From: an uncultured virus (IMG/VR IMGVR_UViG_3300049167_000097)
Lineage: Duplodnaviria > Heunggongvirae > Uroviricota > Caudoviricetes
DNA length: 20,000 nt
Direction: 5' to 3' (one strand)
Virus record (IMG/VR): IMGVR_UViG_3300049167_000097
Part shown: piece by piece, positions 14,684 through 20,000 of the stretch
Layout of the letters: each line of letters opens with the position of its first letter
How positions within the stretch are numbered: the stretch's first letter is position 1
Notes under the pieces: generated by a model
Seen by the model: the letters and a program-made list of their open reading frames with translations, nothing else
The model's database searches: none
Told to the model about the DNA's origin: nothing
Position numbers and translations under genes: made by a program

Positions 14684-15547
14684 TCAGGGGCGGTGTGCGG
14701 CGCGGAGCCTTTGGGCTTCCTTGCGGGCTTGCTCGGCTATGCCCTCGAGGTGCTGGGCCTGCCGCTCAGCGGTCTCGCGTGCGTGGACGCGGGCCTGGTG
14801 GCCGCGCATGAAATCGGCGAGCCCTTCGGCGGCCTCCTCGGGCTGGAGGACGTCGTCCCACGAGTAGTCCCCGAGCTGCTTCCTCATTGCCGCCTCAAGC
14901 CGGTCTAGGAGTTCGAGGCGGTGACCGGCCCTCGGGTCTGCGGCGGCCTTCTCCCGGCGGACCTTCTGAACGTCTTCGTGGTGGCGCTCCCGCAGCACAC
15001 GCTCCTGTGTGCGCAGGGCGTTCACGCGCGTCGTCTCGGTGTTTTTCAGCAGCGTGAGTAGCAGGCCAATCGTCAGCTGGGGCTCGCGCTCGGCCGGCTT
15101 GACGATCGTCTTGAAGCGGCGACCGCCACGCGGGTTCGGCACCATCAGTCCCCAGCCGGGAGGCAGTTCCTCGGGCGGGGTGATGTCCACCCCCGGCGAG
15201 ACGATGCTGAACGTGGTCGAGTACGGCCACCATGCTTCGGCTTTCGCCGGGTTCTCCAGTTCGCGGCGGAAGTCGGACCTGGAGGTCTTCAGCTCGCACA
15301 CGTCGATCCGCCCGGCACCACGTGAGGACCACAGGCCAACATGTATGGCGTCGGCGCGCCTGGTGCTGTTCGGTGCGGTGACCTCGGTGAGGTAGACGGC
15401 CCCGGCTCCGGCGAGGTCGAGCCGGTCCTTGGGGGCGATGAAGTGGGCGTGGAGGAGTTCGTCGAGCTGCGGGGTGGTCATCTTGGTCCGGTCACCTGCA
15501 CCGGCCGGAGCGTCGGAGCGGACGTCGAGCGCGGTCTGCCGGGTCAC
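14684..15547 (-). CDS. MmcB-like PD-(D/E)XK nuclease-fold protein with coiled-coil tail, 287 aa
   Basis: EV...RRADA...ELKTSRSDF..E...P.K...W...ELPPGWGL; GTGA overlap at 15544-15547. Confidence 0.75.
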   Translation of the reverse strand: MTRQTALDVRSDAPAGAGDRTKMTTPQLDELLHAHFIAPKDRLDLAGAGAVYLTEVTAPNSTRRADAIHVGLWSSRGAGRIDVCELKTSRSDFRRELENPAKAEAWWPYSTTFSIVSPGVDITPPEELPPGWGLMVPNPRGGRRFKTIVKPAEREPQLTIGLLLTLLKNTETTRVNALRTQERVLRERHHEDVQKVRREKAAADPRAGHRLELLDRLEAAMRKQLGDYSWDDVLQPEEAAEGLADFMRGHQARVHARETAERQAQHLEGIAEQARKEAQRLRAAHRP

Positions 15548-16344
15548 AGCTGCTCCCCCGCGGTCTCGAGCGCGACAACGTCCAGGACTTCGAGGGCGTG
15601 GACCTGCCACAGGGTGGTGCCGTGCCCGCGGAACCGTGTGCCGGCTACCTCCCAGCCGCAGGAGCAGCGCAGCACGGCCTGGGACCGGTCCGGCTGCTCC
15701 GGGTTCGCGTAGCCCCACGCGGGTGCGTGCTGCTGGTCGCCCGACCAGAGGGCTGCGACATGGTCCGGGCACATGTAGCCGACCGCGCTGCTCTGCATCC
15801 AGCCTGGCTCGTGCCGGTCGAGGTGCAGCTGGCGGAAGCACGCCGGGATGACGCACAGGCGGGCGAGGCTCCCGGTCTCAGCCTCCCAGCGCTCTACGGC
15901 GTTCACGGCCGTGTTGGCGTGGGCCAGCCACGCGTCCCGCGGGTGGTCCCAAGCGGTTCCGTCCTTGTGGAAGGCCTTCGAACCAGCCTCTTTGGCCAGG
16001 CATTCGGCAACGTAGGTGAGCAGCGCCTCGGCAGGCTGCGGGTCCTGCCGTTCACCGTCGGGCTGTGCAGCATGGGGCAGCGCCGGTTCCACTCGCAGCC
16101 CCTCTGACGAGATCACTCCCTCCTCGCTGATCAAACTGTGTCCGTGCTGGAGGTACCAGATGTCCGCGTACCCGAGCGTGCCGCCCTGGCAGGTCATCTG
16201 AGGTGGGCAAGCCAGCGCGGCGCCGGGGCGGGCGAGGCACAGGCAGAGGTGAAAATTGCGGCCGTGGTCGACGCGGGCCTGACAGTCGGTGCCAGGCAGG
16301 TGCGGAAGGTGGCTGCAGTTGGGGCAGTGGGGCGTGTCGCTCAC
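15544..16344 (-). CDS. Cys/His-rich mosaic phage protein, 266 aa
   Basis: GAAGGA RBS before GTG 16344; CPNC.H.PH...C...CLC, CVIPAC...CPDH and CSCGW...H modules. Confidence 0.75.
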   Translation of the reverse strand: MSDTPHCPNCSHLPHLPGTDCQARVDHGRNFHLCLCLARPGAALACPPQMTCQGGTLGYADIWYLQHGHSLISEEGVISSEGLRVEPALPHAAQPDGERQDPQPAEALLTYVAECLAKEAGSKAFHKDGTAWDHPRDAWLAHANTAVNAVERWEAETGSLARLCVIPACFRQLHLDRHEPGWMQSSAVGYMCPDHVAALWSGDQQHAPAWGYANPEQPDRSQAVLRCSCGWEVAGTRFRGHGTTLWQVHALEVLDVVALETAGEQL

Positions 16345-16427
16345 TGGGTTTCCTTCTGTCGGGGTGGGTGTGATGTGCTTGGCGGGCGCCCGCCCCGGCT
16401 CCAACGGGGCGGGCGTCCTGCGTTCGG

Positions 16428-16970
16428 TCACGGGGCGGCGGATGCCGGCGAGTCGGCTTCGCGGACGGGGGTCGGCACCGTCACGATCTGTCGGGACCCC
16501 TTGAACCGTTCGAACTCGGCTTCTGGCATCCACCAGCACTCGCAGCCCCACACGGTGCCGCCGCTGTCCAGGTCGAGCCGCGGGTTCAGATCCATTCCCG
16601 TCAGCAGCTCGAGCACCTGCTCATCGACGGACTTGGCTGCCTGGCGGGCTTCCCGCTCGAGGCGGAGACGCTGGTACTCGGCCAGCTCCGAATCCGCCTC
16701 AGCCTGCGTCCGCTTGCCCTGCTCCACGGTCTCGGCGAGCTTGCGCACCATCCAGGCGTCATCAGCTACCCGCAGCGCATCCTTGTCCTCGCGGAGGCCG
16801 TCCTCCACGACCCGGCGTGCCATGGCGATCGTCTTCTCGTGCCAGTTCCCGGCGCCGGGCCGGGGATGGTCGCCGGCATACACGCCCAGGCCGTACAGGT
16901 AAACGGTGTCGTCCGTGGCGTCTCGAACGGCCGCGATCCGCGCGCCGACAGTCCTCATGCTTCTGCTCAT
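16428..16970 (-). CDS. Hypothetical phage protein, 180 aa
   Basis: G.GVY.GD and NPRLDLDSGGTVWGCECWW motifs around a helical insert; GGAGG RBS, ATGA overlap. Confidence 0.8.
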   Translation of the reverse strand: MSRSMRTVGARIAAVRDATDDTVYLYGLGVYAGDHPRPGAGNWHEKTIAMARRVVEDGLREDKDALRVADDAWMVRKLAETVEQGKRTQAEADSELAEYQRLRLEREARQAAKSVDEQVLELLTGMDLNPRLDLDSGGTVWGCECWWMPEAEFERFKGSRQIVTVPTPVREADSPASAAP

Positions 16971-17377
16971 GAGTTGAACCTCCACCAGCCGTCGTGTCCG
17001 TCGGGAAGTGCCGGGTAGTTGGCGAGCATCGGTTCCAGCAGAGCCAGGTGCAGCGCCATCTCGAACGGCTTCTGCGCACCCCAGTAGTTCTCGCCGTCCC
17101 ACCGGCCGTGGCAGTCGCCGCCGTACCGGCCGTCCAGATCGGCCGACAGCACCGACACCGGGTCGTCGACGTTCACGGGCTCCGTCAGGTAGTGGCTCCA
17201 CAGCTTCAGCGATCCGAGGCACGCCCGGGTCACGCCGGACTGCCGCCGGAACCACACAGCGTTGACTGACCCGCTGAAGGTGAAGCGGTCTCCGCGCTCG
17301 CGCTGCTCACCGGACAGCGTCGACAGGTCGACGGCGAACGGCTTCTGCGAGATCAAGAACCTGTCCGACCGGATCAT
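16967..17377 (-). CDS. Hypothetical protein, 136 aa
   Basis: ATGA overlaps at both ends, typical codon usage. Confidence 0.8.
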   Translation of the reverse strand: MIRSDRFLISQKPFAVDLSTLSGEQRERGDRFTFSGSVNAVWFRRQSGVTRACLGSLKLWSHYLTEPVNVDDPVSVLSADLDGRYGGDCHGRWDGENYWGAQKPFEMALHLALLEPMLANYPALPDGHDGWWRFNS

Positions 17378-18279
17378 CGGGCCGCCCCCACTGGGACCGG
17401 GGGCTTCGGGTACTCACGCACCCGCAAGGCCTCGGGCCAGTCTGCGGGCTTGCCGCCCTTGCCGTCGGAGGCCTGGTGCTCGCGCGCCCACACCGACCCG
17501 AGCTGCTTCACGAACGGCGCTGCGCCGGCCTGCCGGGCCTGGTCGATGAGGTCGGCTGCCCACTGCGGCTGGAAGGGGCGGGCGCCGGGTCCGGATTCGC
17601 CGCCGATGATGACCCAGTCGATGCCGGTGAAGTCGGCGGACGGCAGCGGGCCGAGGAGCGGTTCGGCGGACACGAAGCGGATCGCTGCCGGCGTCTTCCG
17701 TAGCGCGTCCAGGCGGCGGGTGTAGTCGTCGGACTCGATGCTGGTCCCTATCCACACGTTCGGCAGGGGCCAGCCGGAGCGGTGGTAGATGCCGTGCTCG
17801 AGGCCGGGGACGTAGGTGGGGCTGTGGGAGGTGGCGGCCCATTCCATGGAGGCGCGGAAGTGTTCGCCGGGCGGGTGTCCGGTTCCGCAGGTGCAGAGGT
17901 CGGTGAGGATGCGGGCCGCGCGCTCAGGGCGCTTGGTGAGGATCTGGTAGGTGTGCTGCGGTGTGGCGGCCATGACGGCGAACACGCGGGCCAGGAACTC
18001 GCGGGGGACGCGGGCGTGGAACAGGTCGCTCATGCTGTTGACGAAGACCTTGCGGGGCTTCTTCCAGCGCAGCGGCTCAGTCAGGACGTCCGGGTGGACG
18101 GCCAGGCCGAAGCCCGGTCCGCTGGTGCGAGGGTCGCCGTCGGTCTGGTACTTCGCGGATCCCATGCCCTTGAGGCGCTTGGCCATCGTGAGGGCGTAGC
18201 AGTTGTCGCACCCAGGGCTGATGCGGTCACAGCCAGTCGTCGGGTTCCAGGTCTGTTCGGTCCATTCGATGTTGCTCAT
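17374..18279 (-). CDS. DUF5131 / phage Gp37-Gp68 family protein (radical-SAM-like Cx6Cx2C), 301 aa
   Basis: IEWT..TWNP.TGC.RISPGC.NCYA, FVNSMSDLFH, QILTKRPER, FVSAEPLLGP, WVIIGGESGPGARP, FVKQLG; AAGGAGG RBS before ATG 18279. Confidence 0.93.
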   Translation of the reverse strand: MSNIEWTEQTWNPTTGCDRISPGCDNCYALTMAKRLKGMGSAKYQTDGDPRTSGPGFGLAVHPDVLTEPLRWKKPRKVFVNSMSDLFHARVPREFLARVFAVMAATPQHTYQILTKRPERAARILTDLCTCGTGHPPGEHFRASMEWAATSHSPTYVPGLEHGIYHRSGWPLPNVWIGTSIESDDYTRRLDALRKTPAAIRFVSAEPLLGPLPSADFTGIDWVIIGGESGPGARPFQPQWAADLIDQARQAGAAPFVKQLGSVWAREHQASDGKGGKPADWPEALRVREYPKPPVPVGAAR

Positions 18280-18353
18280 CCGGTCCTCCTTCGAGAGGGA
18301 AACGTGTGGCACATTTTCTGGTGGTTTGCGGTAGTTCATTCTCCCACCAACGC

Positions 18354-18383
18354 ACCTTGATCGGGCGGGAATTGAGCGGTCAA
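18354..18383 (-). promoter_or_regulatory. Possible internal promoter TTGACC-N18-CAAGGT in an AT-richer intergenic gap
   Basis: Good -35, weak -10; 131-bp gap in an otherwise tightly packed string. Confidence 0.35.
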
Positions 18384-18410
18384 TGCGGCCGAAATGGCAG
18401 GTCACGCGGC

Positions 18411-18803
18411 TCAGCCGAGCGGAAGCTCGCCCTGATGGCCGGTCTTGGCCGCGTCGATCGCGGAACAGCGCCGGCACGCTTCGCCGAAATGGATCGGCCC
18501 CGATCCGAGGGCCCACGCCTTCTGGAACTTGACGTGATCCGCAAGCGTCCCGTGAGCGGCCATGTCGTCGATCGCCTCGTCCGTCATCAGCGGCTCGTCG
18601 AGCGGGACATGGCAGCCACAGGGGCAACCCGGCTCGCCACCGAGACCCAGCGCGGCGGTGTGCGCCCAGCAGGCGTGGTGCTTGTGCTGGCGGCAGGCTG
18701 GGCAGATCGTCGTCTTCTCGCCGAACGGGACGACGACCTTCCCGGGCCGAAGTTCAGAGGCTTGAGGTCGGTAGCCGCGACTGCGGCCAGCTCCACGGGT
18801 CAT
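18411..18803 (-). CDS. Cys/His-rich hypothetical protein, 130 aa
   Basis: TGATG overlap; CPAC...H..C...CPCGCH and CRRC. Confidence 0.7.
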   Translation of the reverse strand: MTRGAGRSRGYRPQASELRPGKVVVPFGEKTTICPACRQHKHHACWAHTAALGLGGEPGCPCGCHVPLDEPLMTDEAIDDMAAHGTLADHVKFQKAWALGSGPIHFGEACRRCSAIDAAKTGHQGELPLG

Positions 18804-19039
18804 CAGAGGCTCCAAAGCGATGGCTGGTGCTCGTACAGAGGCAGTTCGGTCTGGCCGTGCATCCGGGCCGGCTCGGCAAGCGACGGGGCGGGGATCGATA
18901 CGCGGGCCGCTGTGCGCCCGCCTGCGGCCCGGAAACACTTCGGCCCGAATCCCCGGACCCTCGAAACCTGCGAGCGCAGCACGCGCCCGCACAGCCCGCA
19001 CGCCGCCGCTTCTGTGCTTCCCGCGCGCGTTGCCTTCAC
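18803..19039 (-). CDS. DUF6011-like zinc-binding protein, 78 aa
   Basis: CGLCGRVLRSQVSRVRGFGPKC signature. Confidence 0.85.
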   Translation of the reverse strand: MKATRAGSTEAAACGLCGRVLRSQVSRVRGFGPKCFRAAGGRTAARVSIPAPSLAEPARMHGQTELPLYEHQPSLWSL

Positions 19040-19359
19040 CGACCGGTCCCGGTCTCTGGCGTCTCCTCGAGCGCGTTTTCGCGGATCATGCGGATGGTCC
19101 AGCGGGCTCCGGTGGCGAATTGGTTGGCGTGGTTGTCGTCTGGTTTGACGGTGTCGAGGTTTTCGAGGCGGTTGAGTTCGGCGTGGACGCGGGCGAGGGT
19201 GTGGTCGGCTTTGGCGGCGCGGAGTGTGGCGGAGGCGAAGGCGGCGTCGGCGTTTTGGAGTTGGCGGTACAGCTCGCTTGTCTGGGCGGCTTCGAGGCTT
19301 TCGTATAGGGCGTCGAGGGCGTCGCTTGTGATGGTGTCGACGGTGTGGCGGTCAGCCAT
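19036..19359 (-). CDS. Hypothetical coiled-coil phage protein, 107 aa
   Basis: TVDTITSDALDALY N-terminus; overlaps both neighbours. Confidence 0.8.
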   Translation of the reverse strand: MADRHTVDTITSDALDALYESLEAAQTSELYRQLQNADAAFASATLRAAKADHTLARVHAELNRLENLDTVKPDDNHANQFATGARWTIRMIRENALEETPETGTGR

Positions 19360-19525
19360 GGCGGTTCTTCTTTCGCTTCTGGGCGCGGCGGGTGGCGCGG
19401 TTCGGGCGGGGTGTTGGGGTGTCGTCGTCGATCAGTTGTTCTCCGGTCCAGCGGAGTTCGGTTTCCCAGGTGGTTCCGGGGCGGCTGGCCTTTTCGCCGT
19501 GTGGGCTGCTGCTCGGGCCGGTCAC
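19352..19525 (-). CDS. Hypothetical protein, 57 aa, basic tail PNRATRRAQKRKK
   Basis: AGGA RBS, GTGA overlap. Confidence 0.7.
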   Translation of the reverse strand: MTGPSSSPHGEKASRPGTTWETELRWTGEQLIDDDTPTPRPNRATRRAQKRKKNRHG

Positions 19526-19899
19526 GGTGTGGTCCTGTTGGCGAGGCGCAGCAGCACTGCGGCGTGGCAGTGGTCGGGCTGGCCGGGTTCGGGGAGGGGG
19601 CAGGTGCAGGCGAGGTCTTTGCCGCGCAGCTGGTGGAGGTCGGCGAGGATGCGGCGGCGGTCGAAGATCTGGCGGCCGATGCGGTAGGTCTCCTGGTACC
19701 AGCCGCCGGCGGTGCCGACGCGGAGCCATTCGCTGTAGTTCTTGGCGCAGGCGCTGCGGGGGTCTCCCATCTCGGCTTCGATGGCCTGCTGGATGGTGAA
19801 CGGGTTGCCGAAGCGGCTGGGGCGGCTGACGATGACGGTGTTCTCTGGGAGCCGCCAGCCTTTGGTGCGGCGGCGCTGGATACGGGCGGGTGTGCTCAT
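19522..19899 (-). CDS. DUF4326 protein, 125 aa
   Basis: RIQRRRTKGWRLP...VSRPSRFGNPF...LRGKDLAC.C...PDHCHA.VLL.LAN; GAGGAG RBS. Confidence 0.92.
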   Translation of the reverse strand: MSTPARIQRRRTKGWRLPENTVIVSRPSRFGNPFTIQQAIEAEMGDPRSACAKNYSEWLRVGTAGGWYQETYRIGRQIFDRRRILADLHQLRGKDLACTCPLPEPGQPDHCHAAVLLRLANRTTP

Positions 19900-20000
19900 C
19901 GGGTTCTCCTCTGCGTGTGATTGGCTTGGCGAGGGACGGCCGCGATACCAGCGCGGCCGTCCCGTCGCGCGTTCACGGGGTGGGCGGGGTGGTGCCGCGG

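Larger units (their letters stand above)
1..20000. mobile_element. Interior of an actinomycete mobile element: AICE-type transfer/kor module (1-8340) adjacent to prophage-like early genes (10952-20000); boundaries outside the window or unrecognised
   Basis: TraB-like ATPase, Spd-like protein, GntR-UTRA and Xis-like HTH on the left; DUF5131, DUF4326, DUF6011, XRE and many small overlapping ORFs on the right; no housekeeping genes. Confidence 0.85.

Noticed and set aside
17374..18627. 417-aa version of DUF5131, and similar N-terminal extensions of 14684..15856, 15544..16551, 16428..17255, 12190..13047 and 8583..9071
   Set aside because: Extensions overlap other genes or leaders; internal starts have an RBS or stop/start overlap and match family N-termini.

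Overview
High-GC actinomycete (Streptomyces-like) accessory DNA, apparently all mobile element, in three parts. (1) 1-8250, minus strand: an AICE/Streptomyces-plasmid-type transfer unit with a KorSA/TraR-like GntR-UTRA repressor, an excisionase-type HTH gene, a run of tiny ORFs separated by related hairpins, an Spd-like membrane/coiled-coil protein, a TraB-like FtsK/SpoIIIE translocase followed by a helically phased GCTA/TAGC array (candidate clt), and DUF6197. Four TGCTCTAGAGCA-type palindromes flank the repressor gene. (2) about 8300-10950, plus strand: a DUF6907-like gene behind a structured leader, a membrane protein, a Panacea (DUF4065/SocA/GepA) antitoxin with a putative RelE-like partner, and a 48-aa ORF. 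(3) 10952-20000, minus strand: two XRE HTH genes and a tightly coupled phage-early-type gene string (Cys/His-rich proteins, NDT/DUF4406-like, MmcB-like nuclease, DUF5131, DUF6011, DUF4326). No integrase, replication or virion genes, RNA genes or att site were recognised. Family names come from motif recognition by eye, not database searches. Many starts were moved from the ORF track to RBS-supported or overlap-supported codons.
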